DNA of 64,000 nucleotides from NCBI RefSeq assembly GCF_056746865.1, contig NZ_CM163382.1; one strand, 5' to 3'. Shown piece by piece: positions 1 to 14,849 of this stretch (position 1 is its first letter; each line of letters starts with the position of its first letter). The notes under the pieces were generated by a model. It saw only the letters and a program-made list of their open reading frames with translations, ran no database searches and was not told where the DNA came from. The position numbers and the translations under genes were made by a program.

Positions 1-269
1 CTTTCACGGAACTGTTTCGCTTCTTCGTCGTCAATGGAAATAAAGGTGCCATCGGAAGCCGGTGTCATACAGGACATCACCAGGCGACCACGCGTGTCTT
101 CCGCGTTTTGGTATTGCTTCACCGCACACTGGCGGCAAGCACCGACGCTTCCCAGCGCCGGATGCCAGCAAAAGTAAGGAATATCAAGGCCCAGAGACAG
201 ACAAGCTTCCAGCAGGTTGTCCGCTCCGTTGACCTCGTATTCTTTGCCGTCTACATGAATTGTAGCCAT
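1..269 (-). CDS. nuoG: NADH:quinone oxidoreductase subunit G, N-terminal part only (gene runs off the window start)
   Basis: Minus-strand frame starting at ATG (complement of 267..269) translates [13 protein letters not shown]...; open to the window edge; sits upstream of nuoF in nuo order. Confidence 0.85.
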   Translation of the reverse strand, partial: MATIHVDGKEYEVNGADNLLEACLSLGLDIPYFCWHPALGSVGACRQCAVKQYQNAEDTRGRLVMSCMTPASDGTFISIDDEEAKQFRE

Positions 270-321
270 TAGCATGCTTCCAGTTTTCTCAGTCAGAGAC
301 TGAGCGTTAATCGAAATTCGG

Positions 322-1659
322 TTACCAGCGCTCTTTCAGCAGGTTCGGCTGAATCCCATTAATCAAATGGGTATTGCTGAACGGCTGTTTGATTCCCGCC
401 TCAAATTCTTCGCGGAAATATTTGATGGCGCTCTGTAACGGCTCCACTGCACCAGGTGCGTGGGCACAGAAAGTTTTACCCGGGCCTAAGAATCGACACA
501 GTTGCTCAAGTGTTTCGATATCGCCCGGTTGACCTTCGCCACGCTCCAGCGCACGCAGAATTTTCACGCTCCACGGCAGACCGTCGCGGCACGGCGTACA
601 CCAGCCGCAGGACTCACGGGCGAAAAACTCTTCCAGGTTACGCACCAGCGACACCATGTTGATCTCATGGTCAACCGCCATCGCCAGCGCCGTACCCAGA
701 CGGCTTCCCGCTTTACCGATACTTTCGAATTCCATCGGCAGGTCAAGGTGCGCTTCAGTCAAGAAGTCAGTACCCGCGCCGCCTGGCTGCCAGGCTTTGA
801 ATTTCAGACCGTCACGCATACCACCGGCGTAATCTTCGAGGATCTCGCGTGCGGTGGTGCCAAACGGCAGTTCCCACAGGCCCGGATTTTTCACCCGACC
901 GGAGAAGCCCATCAGCTTGGTGCCAGCATCTTTACTTTTCGAGATGTTCTGATACCACTCCACGCCGTTAGCAAGGATCGCCGGAACGTTACACAGGGTT
1001 TCGACGTTATTGACACAGGTCGGTTTGCCCCATACGCCGGAGGTTGCCGGGAAGGGGGGTTTCGAGCGTGGGTTAGCACGACGCCCTTCCAGGGAGTTGA
1101 TTAACGCTGTTTCTTCCCCGCAGATGTAGCGCCCTGCACCGGTATGGACGAACAGTTCGAAGTCGAAACCTGTTCCCATAATGTTTTTGCCAAGCAAGCC
1201 CGCTTCAGTCGCTTCGGCAATGGCGCGGCGCAGATTCACTGCCGCTTCAATATATTCGCCACGCAGGAAGATGTAGCCACGGTAAGCTTTCAGCGCAAAC
1301 GCGGAGATAAGCATACCTTCCACCAGCAGGTGCGGCAGTTGCTCCATCAACAGGCGGTCTTTATAGGTGCCCGGTTCCATTTCATCGGCGTTACACAGCA
1401 GGTAACGGATGTTCATGGATTCGTCTTTCGGCATCAGGCTCCACTTCAGGCCAGTCGAAAAGCCCGCGCCGCCGCGCCCTTTCAGACCAGCGTCTTTTAC
1501 CTGATTAACGATTTCGTCCGGAGACAGCCCGGTCAGCGCCTTACGCGCGCCTTCGTAACCGTTTTTGCTGCGATATTCGTCCAGCCACACTGGCTGTTTG
1601 TCATCGCGCAGACGCCAGGTCAGCGGATGCGTTTCGGGAGTACGGATAATGTTTTTCAT
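322..1659 (-). CDS. nuoF: NADH:quinone oxidoreductase subunit F
   Basis: 445-aa [32 protein letters not shown]... with GGAGF NADH/FMN motif and Cys-rich Fe-S region; position in nuo cluster. Confidence 0.95.
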   Translation of the reverse strand: MKNIIRTPETHPLTWRLRDDKQPVWLDEYRSKNGYEGARKALTGLSPDEIVNQVKDAGLKGRGGAGFSTGLKWSLMPKDESMNIRYLLCNADEMEPGTYKDRLLMEQLPHLLVEGMLISAFALKAYRGYIFLRGEYIEAAVNLRRAIAEATEAGLLGKNIMGTGFDFELFVHTGAGRYICGEETALINSLEGRRANPRSKPPFPATSGVWGKPTCVNNVETLCNVPAILANGVEWYQNISKSKDAGTKLMGFSGRVKNPGLWELPFGTTAREILEDYAGGMRDGLKFKAWQPGGAGTDFLTEAHLDLPMEFESIGKAGSRLGTALAMAVDHEINMVSLVRNLEEFFARESCGWCTPCRDGLPWSVKILRALERGEGQPGDIETLEQLCRFLGPGKTFCAHAPGAVEPLQSAIKYFREEFEAGIKQPFSNTHLINGIQPNLLKERW

Positions 1660-2156
1660 TTATACCGCTCCAGCAGTTCAGGGATCGCTTCCGGGGTCAG
1701 ATGCGCGTGAGTGTCCTCATCGATCATCATGTTTGGCCCTTTATCACAGTTCCCCAGGCAGCAAGTTGGCAGCAGCGTAAAGCGGCCATCAAATGTCGTT
1801 TGCCCTGGTTTGATGTTCAGCTTTTTCTCGAGCGCCGCCTGAATACCCTGATAACCGTTGATATGACAGACCACGCTGTCGCAATAACGGATCACATGGC
1901 GGCCAACCGGCTGGCGGAAGATCTGGCTGTAGAACGTTGCCACGCCTTCGACGTCGCTCGCCGGAATACCCAGCACATCGGCGATCGCGTGGATCGCGCC
2001 ATCCGGCACCCAGCCACGCTGCTTCTGAACGATTTTCAGCGCTTCAATGGACGCCGCACGCGGGTCTTCGTAGTGGTGCATCTCGTGCTCAATCGCTTCA
2101 CGCTCTGCCGCACTCAGCTCAAAAGCCTCGGTTTGTGGTTGTTGATTCTCGTGCAT
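1656..2156 (-). CDS. nuoE: NADH:quinone oxidoreductase subunit E
   Basis: 166-aa ORF with the 2Fe-2S thioredoxin-like fold Cys pattern; overlaps nuoF start by 4 nt. Confidence 0.95.
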
Positions 2157-2158
2157 AA

Positions 2159-3949
2159 TTAGCGGTCCACATCTGACATAACAAAATCGATACTGCCCAG
2201 ATAAACAATCAGGTCAGACACCAGGCTGCCGCGGATCGCCGCCGGAATTTGCTGCAAATGCGCATAACTCGGCGTACGGATACGGGTGCGATAACTCATG
2301 GTGCTACCGTCGCTGGTCAGGTAGTAACTGTTGATCCCCTTGGTCGCCTCAATCATCTGGAAAGATTCATTGGCTGGCATCACCGGACCCCACGACACTT
2401 GCAGGAAGTGGGTGATCAGGGTTTCGATATGTTGCAGCGTGCGCTCTTTCGGCGGCGGCGTGGTCAGCGGGTGATCCGCTTTGAACGGGCCTTCCGGCAT
2501 GTTGTTGAGGCACTGCTCAAGAATGCGCAGACTCTGGCGCAGCTCTTCCACTTTCAGCATTACGCGGGTGTAGCAGTCAGAAACACCACCACCCACCGGG
2601 ATTTCAAAGTCGAAGTTTTCATAGCCAGAATAAGGACGCGCCTTACGCACGTCGAAGTCGATCCCGGTGGCGCGCAGGCCCGCGCCAGTGGTGCCCCACT
2701 CCAGCGCCTCTTTCGCGCCATAGGCGGCAACGCCCTGGGAACGACCTTTCAGAATGGTGTTTTGCAGCGCCGCTTTCTCGTAAGACGCCAGACGTTTCGG
2801 CATCCAGTCGAGGAACTCACGCAGCAGGCGATCCCAGCCGCGCGGCAGGTCGTGCGCTACGCCGCCAATACGGAACCACGCCGGGTGCATACGAAAACCA
2901 GTGATTGCTTCCACCAGATCGTAAATTTTCTGACGATCGGTAAAGGCGAAGAACACTGGCGTCATCGCGCCGACGTCCTGAATAAAGGTGGATATATACA
3001 GCAGATGGCTGTTGATGCGGAACAGCTCAGAAAGCATTACGCGAATGACGTTAACGCGATCCGGCACGGTGATCCCGGCCAGTTTCTCTACCGCCAGCAC
3101 GTAAGGCATTTCGTTAACGCAGCCGCCGAGGTATTCGATACGGTCGGTATACGGAATGTAGCTGTGCCAGGACTGGCGTTCGCCCATTTTCTCCGCACCA
3201 CGGTGGTGGTAGCCGATGTCTGGTACGCAGTCGACAATTTCTTCGCCATCAAGCTGCAAAACGATGCGGAAAGCCCCGTGCGCCGACGGGTGGTTCGGGC
3301 CGAGGTTGAGGAACATGAAGTCCTCGTTTTCGGTGCCGCGCTTCATCCCCCACTCTTCCGGTTTGAAGGTCAGGGCTTCCATCTCCAGGTCCTGTTTGGC
3401 TTTGGTCAGCTCAAACGGCGAGAATTCGGTAGCGCGCGCCGGATAATCTTTACGCAGCGGGTGACCTTTCCAGGTTTGCGGCATCATGATGCGGCGCAGG
3501 TTCGGGTGACCGTCGAAAGTAATGCCAAACAGATCCCAGGTTTCACGCTCATACCAGTTGGCGTTCGGGAACAGTTTGGTGAAGGTCGGTACGTGCAGGT
3601 CGTTTTCTGCCAGCGCCACCTTCAGCATGATGTCGCGGTTACGATCGATAGAAATCAGATGGTAGAAAACGGAAAAATCCGCGGCAGGTAACCCTTCGCG
3701 GTGTGTGCGCAGACGTTCGTCCATGCCGTGTAAGTCAAACAGCATGACGTAAGGTTTCGGCAGTTTCTTTAAGAAATCGCCAACTTCCAGTAATTGTTCA
3801 CGCTTGATCCACACAACGGGAACCCCGGTGCGAGTCGCCTGAACAGTAAAGGCATCCGGCCCAAAACGGTTGCGCAGTTCGCCAATCACCGGATCATCAA
3901 GATGATCGCGGGTCTGCCAGGCGGGTTCTTGCGCGGTTAAGTCGGTCAT
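2159..3949 (-). CDS. nuoC: NADH:quinone oxidoreductase fused subunit C/D
   Basis: Long [22 protein letters not shown]...; I chose the internal ATG giving MTDL (596 aa) as I recall it; the longest ORF starts 12 nt upstream at 3961 (MVNNMTDL). Confidence 0.9.
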
Positions 3950-4054
3950 ATTGTTCACCATTGCAAATGGTCCGTGGTGACTGTCGGCGCAGTAAGCTTC
4001 GCGAAATAGATTTAGGAATAAGCGAAGAAAAATCCCTTTGCCGACAGGCGCAAA

Positions 4055-4717
4055 TTAAATCTCGTCAGGTGTACGCAGGTTGGTTACGGCAATGCGTTCA
4101 CCGCGCTTGCGTTCGCGCTCTGATTGCATATTGGCGCGATAAACGCCCTGATCGCCAACCACCCAGGAGAGCGGACGACGTTCTTTGCCGATAGATTCCT
4201 GCAACAGCATCAGTGCCTGCATGTACGCTTCAGGACGCGGCGGGCAGCCCGGGATATACACATCAACCGGGATGAATTTATCGACGCCCTGCACAACGGA
4301 ATAAATATCGTACATACCGCCGGAGTTGGCACAGGCACCCATTGAGATAACCCATTTTGGTTCCAACATCTGGTCATACAGACGCTGAATAACCGGTGCC
4401 ATTTTGGTAAAGCAGGTTCCTGCCACCACCATCAGGTCAGCCTGACGCGGCGAAGCACGCAATACTTCTGCGCCAAAACGCGCCACGTCATGCACCGCGG
4501 TAAACGAAGTCACCATCTCAACGTAACAGCAGGAAAGACCGAAGTTATACGGCCAAATTGAGTTTTTACGACCCCAGTTAACCATGTCATTGAGCTTGCC
4601 CATAAACACGTTTTTGTTAACTTCTTGCTCCAGAGGGTCGGTTACGATCTCCTGCTTTTGCAGGGGGTAACGGTCGTTCTCACCGTTGGGATCTATGCGG
4701 GTGAGCGTATAATCCAT
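4055..4717 (-). CDS. nuoB: NADH:quinone oxidoreductase subunit B
   Basis: 220-aa [23 protein letters not shown]... with conserved CCxxE / GxCxxxGG / CPP Fe-S cluster N2 motifs. Confidence 0.95.
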
Positions 4718-4732
4718 CTTAATGCCTCGCGG

Positions 4733-5176
4733 TTAGCGTTGACGATTAGCGATACTGTTCGTTTCCGGGTTCATACGCTCGCGGCGTGAACGCGCGGGCG
4801 TCCAGTCCAGCGCGCCAATACGCACCAGATAAACCAGACCTGCCAGTAACACAAAAATAAAAATTGCAGCTTCCACAAAGCCTACCCAGCCGCTTTCGCG
4901 GATAGAGGTTGACCATGCGAACAGATACAGCGCTTCAACGTCGAAGATAACGAAGAACATGGCCACCAGATAAAACTTGGCGGACAGGCGTAAGCGGGCG
5001 GAGCCGACCGAGTCGATACCGGATTCAAACGGAACGTTTTTCGACCTTGCGCGTGCGCGACCGCCTAAAAACCAACCGCCTACCAGCATCAGGCAACACA
5101 GGCCAATGGCAACGATAAGAAAGATAGCGAATGCCCAGTGATGAGCGATGACTTCAGTGGATGTTGACATACTCAT
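4733..5176 (-). CDS. nuoA: NADH:quinone oxidoreductase subunit A (membrane)
   Basis: 147-aa hydrophobic [28 protein letters not shown]...; first gene of the nuo operon. Confidence 0.95.
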
Positions 5177-5723
5177 TGCTTACTCATCAAAAGTAGCGCC
5201 AGATTCACTGCTCTTCACGGCAGATGGACGCCACATCGATTCATGGGGAGGAATAAAAAAAACCTTACAATCACTGTAGAAATTCTTTTATACAGCTAAT
5301 TGATGTGGTCTTTTACTCCTTTCTATAACCTTTTGTCAACTTTAACAAAAGTTTCTTCACATTAGTTTACATAATATCAACACCATTAGCATTTAATGCC
5401 CTTTCACCCCAGATCCTTGACGACTCCAGGATAATTAGATGTTGTTGAATCGTGTCCGTTGTGAAGCAATGGAAAAAATACGGGTCTATTTTGACAGGAA
5501 TTTGTGTCGATTCCTCCCCCCAAAAGAGAGTATTTTCTTGATCTGTGACACGCTTTTGTCATTCCATAACAAAAACGCAGCAACAAATTTACGTATTTTT
5601 TAACATCATTGTAGCAGGTGATTTTTTTCAGGCGATTATTTGTGCGTTCGGGACGTGAATCTCTGGTGATTGAAAAATGAACAGTTTTGTACGTTCTGCA
5701 CGATACGAGGAAGGCTTTTTACT
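5177..5723 (-). promoter_or_regulatory. nuo operon promoter / upstream regulatory region (AT-rich, about 550 bp non-coding)
   Basis: Long AT-rich non-coding stretch immediately 5' of nuoA on the minus strand; the nuo promoter is known to be complex, but individual sites were not resolved by eye. Confidence 0.5.
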
Positions 5724-5770
5724 AAAAAAAAGCCGCTGGGGTTTAAAACACCCCCAGCGGCTCGTTTTTA
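5724..5770 (-). terminator. Intrinsic terminator downstream of lrhA (hairpin with U-tracts on both sides, possibly bidirectional)
   Basis: agccgctgggg...cccccagcggct inverted repeat (5731..5762) flanked by an A-run (5724..5730) and ttttt (5763..5770); lies 36 nt 3' of the lrhA stop. Confidence 0.7.
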
Positions 5771-5805
5771 CACTATTGTCTCAGAAATTATCTATGGTCC
5801 GTCGA

Positions 5806-7663
<1,858 letters not shown>

Positions 7664-8881
7664 ATGTCCCCCATTGAAAAATCCAGCAAATTAGAGAATG
7701 TCTGTTACGACATCCGTGGTCCGGTGCTGAAAGAAGCAAAACGCCTGGAAGAAGAAGGTAACAAGGTACTGAAACTGAACATCGGCAACCCTGCCCCGTT
7801 CGGTTTTGACGCGCCAGATGAAATCCTCGTTGACGTGATTCGCAACCTGCCTACCGCTCAAGGGTATTGCGATTCCAAAGGGCTTTACTCCGCGCGTAAA
7901 GCCATCATGCAGCACTACCAGGCTCGTGGCATGCGTGATGTTACCGTGGAAGATATTTACATCGGCAATGGTGTATCGGAGCTTATCGTTCAGGCAATGC
8001 AGGCATTGCTGAACAGCGGCGACGAAATGTTGGTTCCTGCACCTGATTACCCACTATGGACCGCGGCGGTTTCGCTCTCCAGCGGTAAAGCGGTGCATTA
8101 TCTTTGCGATGAATCCTCTGACTGGTTCCCGGACCTTGATGATATTCGCGCTAAAATTACGCCTCGTACGCGTGGGATCGTTATTATCAACCCAAATAAC
8201 CCAACTGGCGCGGTATATTCCAAAGAGCTTTTAATGGAGATAGTGGAGATTGCACGTCAGCATAATCTCATTATCTTCGCCGATGAAATTTATGACAAAA
8301 TTCTCTACGACGACGCTGAGCATCACTCAATTGCGCCGCTGGCACCTGATCTGCTGACTATTACCTTTAACGGACTGTCGAAAACGTACCGCGTTGCTGG
8401 CTTCCGTCAGGGGTGGATGGTGTTGAACGGGCCGAAAAAACACGCCAAAGGTTACATCGAAGGTCTGGAAATGCTGGCCTCAATGCGCCTGTGTGCTAAC
8501 GTTCCTGCGCAACACGCCATTCAGACCGCGCTGGGCGGTTATCAGAGCATCAGTGAATTTATTACCCCTGGCGGTCGTCTTTATGAGCAGCGTAACCGCG
8601 CATGGGAATTGATCAATGATATTCCGGGCGTTTCCTGCGTGAAACCGCGCGGTGCGCTGTACATGTTCCCGAAAATCGACGCCAAACGCTTTAATATTCA
8701 CGACGATCAGAAAATGGTGCTGGATTTCCTGTTGCAGGAAAAAGTTCTGTTGGTGCAAGGGACGGCATTCAACTGGCCGTGGCCGGATCACTTCCGCATT
8801 GTCACGCTACCGCGTGTCGATGATATCGAGCTGTCTTTGAGCAAGTTCGCGCGTTTCCTTTCTGGTTATCATCAGCTGTAA
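7664..8881 (+). CDS. alaA: Glutamate-pyruvate aminotransferase (PLP-dependent class I aminotransferase)
   Basis: 405-aa ORF MSPIEKSSKLENVCYDIRGPVLKEAKRLEEEG... with the PLP lysine motif context (NGLSKTYRVAGFRQGW). Confidence 0.95.
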   Translation: MSPIEKSSKLENVCYDIRGPVLKEAKRLEEEGNKVLKLNIGNPAPFGFDAPDEILVDVIRNLPTAQGYCDSKGLYSARKAIMQHYQARGMRDVTVEDIYIGNGVSELIVQAMQALLNSGDEMLVPAPDYPLWTAAVSLSSGKAVHYLCDESSDWFPDLDDIRAKITPRTRGIVIINPNNPTGAVYSKELLMEIVEIARQHNLIIFADEIYDKILYDDAEHHSIAPLAPDLLTITFNGLSKTYRVAGFRQGWMVLNGPKKHAKGYIEGLEMLASMRLCANVPAQHAIQTALGGYQSISEFITPGGRLYEQRNRAWELINDIPGVSCVKPRGALYMFPKIDAKRFNIHDDQKMVLDFLLQEKVLLVQGTAFNWPWPDHFRIVTLPRVDDIELSLSKFARFLSGYHQL

Positions 8882-8890
8882 TCTTAATTT

Positions 8891-8917
8891 CACTGCCGGA
8901 GATTGCATCCGGCAGTG
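8891..8917 (+). terminator. Hairpin downstream of alaA (possible attenuator or weak terminator)
   Basis: Perfect inverted repeat cactgccggag-attgc-atccggcagtg directly after the alaA stop; the following U-tract is weak. Confidence 0.35.
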
Positions 8918-8964
8918 TTATCCCGCCACAATGACCTGATGATGTCATCATACGTAAGGTCACT

Positions 8965-9564
8965 ATGAAACAGAGCCATTTTTTTGCCCATCTCTCCCGC
9001 CTGAAACTCATTAACCGCTGGCCGCTGATGCGCAACGTGCGGACGGAAAATGTGTCCGAACACAGTTTGCAGGTAGCGATGGTCGCCCATGCGCTGGCAG
9101 CTATCAAAAATCGGAAATTTGGCGGTAATGTCAACGCCGAACGTATCGCTTTACTGGCGATGTACCACGATGCCTCAGAAGTGCTCACCGGCGATCTCCC
9201 TACTCCGGTGAAATACTTCAATTCGCAAATCGCTCAGGAGTACAAGGCGATTGAAAAAATCGCTCAGCAAAAACTGGTCGATATGGTTCCGGAAGAGCTG
9301 CGGGATATCTTTGCGCCGTTAATTGACGAGCATGCATATAGCGATGAAGAAAAATCGCTGGTGAAACAGGCAGATGCACTGTGTGCATATCTGAAATGTC
9401 TGGAAGAACTCGCGGCGGGAAATAATGAATTCTTGCTGGCAAAAACGCGACTGGAAGCGACGCTTGAAGCGCGCCGCAGCCAGGAGATGGACTACTTCAT
9501 GGAAGTCTTTGTTCCCAGCTTCCATCTTTCGCTCGATGAGATTAGCCAGGATTCACCGCTGTAA
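8965..9564 (+). CDS. yfbR: HD-domain 5'-deoxynucleotidase
   Basis: 199-aa [48 protein letters not shown]... with HD motif (H..HD). Confidence 0.9.
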
Positions 9565-9574
9565 GCAGCCGGAG

Positions 9575-9618
9575 TCTGCGTCGCATCAGGCAATAAGCGC
9601 CGGATGCGACATCAGGCT
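9575..9618. repeat. REP-like palindromic unit pair between convergent yfbR and yfbS
   Basis: gcgtcgcatcaggc ... gccggatgcgacatcaggc, imperfect inverted REP-type units. Confidence 0.6.
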
Positions 9619-9622
9619 CTTG

Positions 9623-11455
9623 TCAAAACGGAAACAGCATCGGGATCATCACCACACAAACCGCCATCACGATAATGGTGAACGGTACCCCCAACTTCAC
9701 AAAGTCACTGAAGCTGTAATTTCCCGGACCTAAAACCAGTGTGTTAACAGGTGAAGAAACCGGCGTCATAAAGGCGGCGGATGCTGCCATCGCCACGACC
9801 ATCGCAAATGGATAAGGCGACACACCCATCGTTTTGGCAGCAGCCAGCGCAATCGGAGCCATCAACACCGCCGTTGCGGTATTAGAGATAAATAGCCCAA
9901 TAACCGCCGACAAGACAAACAAACAACCCAGCATCATATGTGGCCCGTAACCGCCGCCAATGTCCATCAGCCCTTTCACCGCCAGCGCGACACCTCCCGT
10001 TTTCTGTAATGCCACAGCAAACGGCATCATCCCAACGATCAAAATAATGCTCGGCCAGTGAATGGATTTATAGGCGCTTTCAGCATCGATACAACGGAAT
10101 TTCCCCATCAGCAGGCAGGCGATGATAGCGGCAACAGGATTAGGAATTTCATCGGTCAGCATTAACGCCACCATTAGCACCAGACAGAAAATCGCATGGG
10201 GTGCCTGGCTGTGCGCGGGCGATGCTTCACTCACTTCTTCTGGTAAGTTCAGCGCCACAAAGTCACGCCCCTGTTTTGCCAGCATACCGATCAGTTTCCA
10301 GTTACCCACAACCAGGATGATATCGCCCAGCAGCAGAGGCTCATCCGCCAGCGAACCTTCCATCGCCTCGCCATTGCGCTTTAGCCCCACCACATTCAGT
10401 CCGTAGCGGGTACGAAAACCAATTTCGCGCACCGATTTACCAATAAGTTCAGACTCAGGAATTAATGAAATCTCTGCCATGCCCACATCAAGTGCCTGGT
10501 CAGAAAAATACTCGCCGCGTAGTACCATCGGCTCCAGCAACTGCTCACTACAAAATTGCCGGAGATCGACATCAGCCGCAGACATATCAATAAGCAAAAC
10601 GTCACGCGCGCGAAATTCAGAAACCCCATTAACGTTCACGATAACACGACGAAAACGCCGCCAGCGTTCAACACCGATGACGTTAGCGCCATAACGCTCA
10701 CGTAATTTGAGATCGTCCAGCCGTTGACCAATCATTGGCGATCCGGGGCGAATAGCCAGACGTCGCGCACGCCCGGTCAGTCGATATTCACGGATAAGAT
10801 CGCGAAAGGTTCGACGCGTCCAGCCTTCGCGCTGCGGGGTCTGGGTATCCCCTTTCAGCATGAAACGCATCACTAACATATACAAAATACCCAGCACCAG
10901 CACGACCAGGCCAATAGGTGTTACGCTAAAGAAACTGAAGCCGTGATAGCCTTCACGCAGCAATTCACTGTTGACTACCAGGTTCGGCGGCGTCGCCACC
11001 AGCGTCATCATGCCGCTTATCAGCCCGGCAAAACTTAACGGCATCATCAGGCGCGACGGCGACGTTTGCATACGCATGGCAACGCTTAACACCACGGGAA
11101 TAAAGATAGCGACAACGCCGGTTGAACTCATAAACGCGCCAAGCCCCGCGACGGTCAGCATCAACAAAACCAACATTTTGATTTCACTGTTGCCCGCCAC
11201 TTTGACCAGCCATGTCCCCATTACAGTGGCAACACCGGTACGGACCAAACCATCGCCAATAATAAACAAGGCGGCAATCAGGACAACGTTAGGATCGGAA
11301 AAGCCGGAAAATACTTCGGGGACCGTCAGCGTTCCGCTTAATGCAAACGCGACAATAACAAACAAAGCGACCGCATCCATACGCACTCTGCCCGTCGCAA
11401 ACAAGACGATGGCAACGGCCAGTAATGAAAGAACCCAAATCAATTCACCGTTCAC
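9623..11455 (-). CDS. yfbS: Putative anion transporter with TrkA-C (RCK_C) domains (SLC13/DASS-like)
   Basis: 610-aa ORF with hydrophobic N- and C-terminal halves separated by a soluble central region. Confidence 0.85.
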   Translation of the reverse strand: MNGELIWVLSLLAVAIVLFATGRVRMDAVALFVIVAFALSGTLTVPEVFSGFSDPNVVLIAALFIIGDGLVRTGVATVMGTWLVKVAGNSEIKMLVLLMLTVAGLGAFMSSTGVVAIFIPVVLSVAMRMQTSPSRLMMPLSFAGLISGMMTLVATPPNLVVNSELLREGYHGFSFFSVTPIGLVVLVLGILYMLVMRFMLKGDTQTPQREGWTRRTFRDLIREYRLTGRARRLAIRPGSPMIGQRLDDLKLRERYGANVIGVERWRRFRRVIVNVNGVSEFRARDVLLIDMSAADVDLRQFCSEQLLEPMVLRGEYFSDQALDVGMAEISLIPESELIGKSVREIGFRTRYGLNVVGLKRNGEAMEGSLADEPLLLGDIILVVGNWKLIGMLAKQGRDFVALNLPEEVSEASPAHSQAPHAIFCLVLMVALMLTDEIPNPVAAIIACLLMGKFRCIDAESAYKSIHWPSIILIVGMMPFAVALQKTGGVALAVKGLMDIGGGYGPHMMLGCLFVLSAVIGLFISNTATAVLMAPIALAAAKTMGVSPYPFAMVVAMAASAAFMTPVSSPVNTLVLGPGNYSFSDFVKLGVPFTIIVMAVCVVMIPMLFPF

Positions 11456-11541
11456 AACTTATCCTTGTTAATTGAGGGGGATGACTTGATTCTGCCATAA
11501 AAAAGCCCCGACGAGACGGGGCTAAATCATGATCAGGTGTT

Positions 11542-12192
11542 TCACTGAATAATAACATCGCCATTTGGCTGTTTGGTCACAGTAATTTGCTCCAGACTGT
11601 GGAGGACCAAATCGACCTCATTCAGGCGCGGGGTATCTGCCGGAGCGTTAACCGCAATGACATGACAACCCGCCGCCAGGCCAGAAAGCACGCCAGCGGG
11701 AGCATCTTCCACCACCACACACTCCTGCGGCGCAAGCCCCAGCAGCTGCGCGCCTAACAGATACGCATCAGGTTCTGGTTTTCCGCGCTTCACTCGCTCA
11801 GCGGTTACAAACACCTCTGGTGCGGGAAGCCCAGCTACTTTATGGCGCGCTCGCGCTACCGGCATGGAGCCAGAAGTCACAATGGCCCACGGAATACCTG
11901 CTTTATTCAAATGATTGAGTAAGGCGATTGCCCCCGGAAGCGCGGTAATACCCTCGGTTTCCGTGGCCTCGATTTGCTCCAGACGCGTAAACTCGGCGGC
12001 AATATCAGCCTCGGATTTGCCCGCCATAAAATGGCGCAGAGAGGTGATCGCCTGTTTACCGTGAATAAAAGCCAGCACCTCTTCCGGCGCTAACCCATGA
12101 CGTCTGGCCCAGTTGCTCCACGCCCGTTCTACCGCAGGCAGGGAATCCACCAGCGTTCCATCAAGATCAAACAGAAAACCTTTGCACCGCAC
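11542..12192 (-). CDS. yfbT: HAD-superfamily sugar phosphatase
   Basis: 216-aa ORF with HAD motif I FDLDGTLVDS near the N-terminus; also known as hxpA. Confidence 0.9.
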   Translation of the reverse strand: MRCKGFLFDLDGTLVDSLPAVERAWSNWARRHGLAPEEVLAFIHGKQAITSLRHFMAGKSEADIAAEFTRLEQIEATETEGITALPGAIALLNHLNKAGIPWAIVTSGSMPVARARHKVAGLPAPEVFVTAERVKRGKPEPDAYLLGAQLLGLAPQECVVVEDAPAGVLSGLAAGCHVIAVNAPADTPRLNEVDLVLHSLEQITVTKQPNGDVIIQ

Positions 12193-12202
12193 GCGGGCCT
12201 CC

Positions 12203-12775
<573 letters not shown>

Positions 12776-12779
12776 TCAA

Positions 12780-13235
12780 TTACAAATCATCAAGGAAAGT
12801 TTTATCCAGTTGTTTGAAGGCGCGCTTAAGCGTGTCAGCTAATGCCTGGTAATCAGGCTTGCCTTCAACGGGTGCCAACACCTGTCCAGACTCCTGCAAT
12901 TTACCGCGAACTTCATAAAACCAGTTGAGGATAGCAGGGGGTAATGGCGTTACAGAACGTTTGCCCAGCCACCACAATCCCTGCATGGGTAAACTTAAGG
13001 CGAACAGCGCAGTGGCAACTGCCGGCCCAAGCTGACCGCCCAGGGCAATCTGCCAGCAGAGAGTAAATACGGCGATCGGCGGCATAAAACGGATCGCATA
13101 ACGCGTCATCTTGATAACGCGATTTTCGACAAAGACCGGGGCAAGGCGTTTTTCCAGCGGCCACGTCTTTGAGTAATGCTGTCCCCGGCGAAACAAGCTA
13201 AAAAAATTAACAGAACGATTATCCGGCGTTGACAT
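12780..13235 (-). CDS. yfbV: UPF0208 inner-membrane protein YfbV
   Basis: 151-aa ORF with two predicted TM helices ([44 protein letters not shown]). Confidence 0.85.
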
Positions 13236-13572
13236 GCTTCACCTCAACTTCACATATAAAGATTCAAAAATTTGTGCAAATTCACAACTCAGCGGGACAA
13301 CGTTCAAAACATTTTGTCTTCCATACCCACTATCAGGTATCCTTTAGCAGCCTGAAGGCCTAAGTAGTACATATTCATTGAGTCGTCAAATTCATATACA
13401 TTTTGCCATTGGCTGAAAATTACGCAAAATGGCATAGACTCAAGATATTTCTTCCATCATGCAAAAAAAATTTGCAGTGCATGATGTTAATCATAAATGT
13501 CGGTGTCATCATGCGCTACGCTCTATGGCTCCCTGACGTTTTTTTAGCCACGTATCAATTATAGGTACTTCC
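13236..13572. promoter_or_regulatory. Divergent yfbV / ackA promoter region
   Basis: 337-bp AT-rich intergenic region between divergently oriented genes; ackA start follows at 13573. Confidence 0.45.
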
Positions 13573-14775
13573 ATGTCGAGTAAGTTAGTACTGGTTCTGA
13601 ACTGCGGTAGTTCTTCACTGAAATTTGCCATCATCGATGCAGTAAATGGTGAAGAGTACCTTTCTGGTTTAGCCGAATGTTTCCACCTGCCCGAAGCACG
13701 TATCAAATGGAAAATGGACGGCAATAAACAGGAAGCGGCTTTAGGTGCAGGCGCCGCTCACAGCGAAGCGCTCAACTTTATCGTTAATACTATTCTGGCA
13801 CAAAAACCAGAACTGTCTGCGCAGCTGACTGCTATCGGTCACCGTATCGTACACGGCGGCGAAAAGTATACCAGCTCCGTAGTGATCGATGAGTCTGTTA
13901 TTCAGGGTATCAAAGATGCAGCTTCTTTTGCACCGCTGCACAACCCGGCTCACCTGATCGGTATCGAAGAAGCTCTGAAATCTTTCCCACAGCTGAAAGA
14001 CAAAAACGTTGCTGTATTTGACACCGCGTTCCACCAGACTATGCCGGAAGAGTCTTACCTCTACGCCCTGCCGTACAACCTGTACAAAGAGCACGGCATC
14101 CGTCGTTACGGCGCGCACGGCACCAGCCACTTCTATGTAACCCAGGAAGCGGCAAAAATGCTGAACAAACCGGTAGAAGAACTGAACATCATCACCTGCC
14201 ACCTGGGCAACGGTGGTTCCGTTTCTGCTATCCGCAACGGTAAATGCGTTGACACCTCTATGGGCCTGACCCCGCTGGAAGGTCTGGTCATGGGTACCCG
14301 TTCTGGTGATATCGATCCGGCGATCATCTTCCACCTGCACGACACCCTGGGCATGAGCGTTGACGCAATCAACAAACTGCTGACCAAAGAGTCTGGCCTG
14401 CTGGGTCTGACCGAAGTGACCAGCGACTGCCGCTATGTTGAAGACAACTACGCGACGAAAGAAGACGCGAAGCGCGCAATGGACGTTTACTGCCACCGCC
14501 TGGCGAAATACATCGGTGCCTACACTGCGCTGATGGATGGTCGTCTGGACGCTGTTGTATTCACCGGTGGTATCGGTGAAAATGCCGCGATGGTTCGTGA
14601 GCTGTCTCTGGGCAAACTGGGCGTGCTGGGCTTTGAAGTTGATCATGAACGCAACCTGGCTGCACGTTTCGGCAAATCTGGTTTCATCAACAAAGAAGGT
14701 ACCCGTCCTGCGGTGGTTATCCCAACCAACGAAGAACTGGTTATCGCGCAAGACGCGAGCCGCCTGACTGCCTGA
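13573..14775 (+). CDS. ackA: Acetate kinase
   Basis: 400-aa [35 protein letters not shown]..., canonical acetate kinase N-terminus. Confidence 0.97.
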   Translation: MSSKLVLVLNCGSSSLKFAIIDAVNGEEYLSGLAECFHLPEARIKWKMDGNKQEAALGAGAAHSEALNFIVNTILAQKPELSAQLTAIGHRIVHGGEKYTSSVVIDESVIQGIKDAASFAPLHNPAHLIGIEEALKSFPQLKDKNVAVFDTAFHQTMPEESYLYALPYNLYKEHGIRRYGAHGTSHFYVTQEAAKMLNKPVEELNIITCHLGNGGSVSAIRNGKCVDTSMGLTPLEGLVMGTRSGDIDPAIIFHLHDTLGMSVDAINKLLTKESGLLGLTEVTSDCRYVEDNYATKEDAKRAMDVYCHRLAKYIGAYTALMDGRLDAVVFTGGIGENAAMVRELSLGKLGVLGFEVDHERNLAARFGKSGFINKEGTRPAVVIPTNEELVIAQDASRLTA

Positions 14776-14849
14776 TTTCACACCGCCAGCTCAGCTGGCG
14801 GTGCTGTTTTGTAACCCGCCAAATCGGCGGTAACGAAAGAGGATAAACC

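Noticed and set aside
2249-3691. 480-aa plus-strand ORF antisense to nuoC
   Set aside because: Shadow ORF inside nuoC; Arg-rich, no motifs.
5404-5586. 60-aa ORF in the nuo upstream region
   Set aside because: It lies in the promoter region, has no ribosome-binding site and poor composition.
13741-14781. 346-aa minus-strand ORF antisense to ackA
   Set aside because: Same reasoning as the pta shadow ORF.
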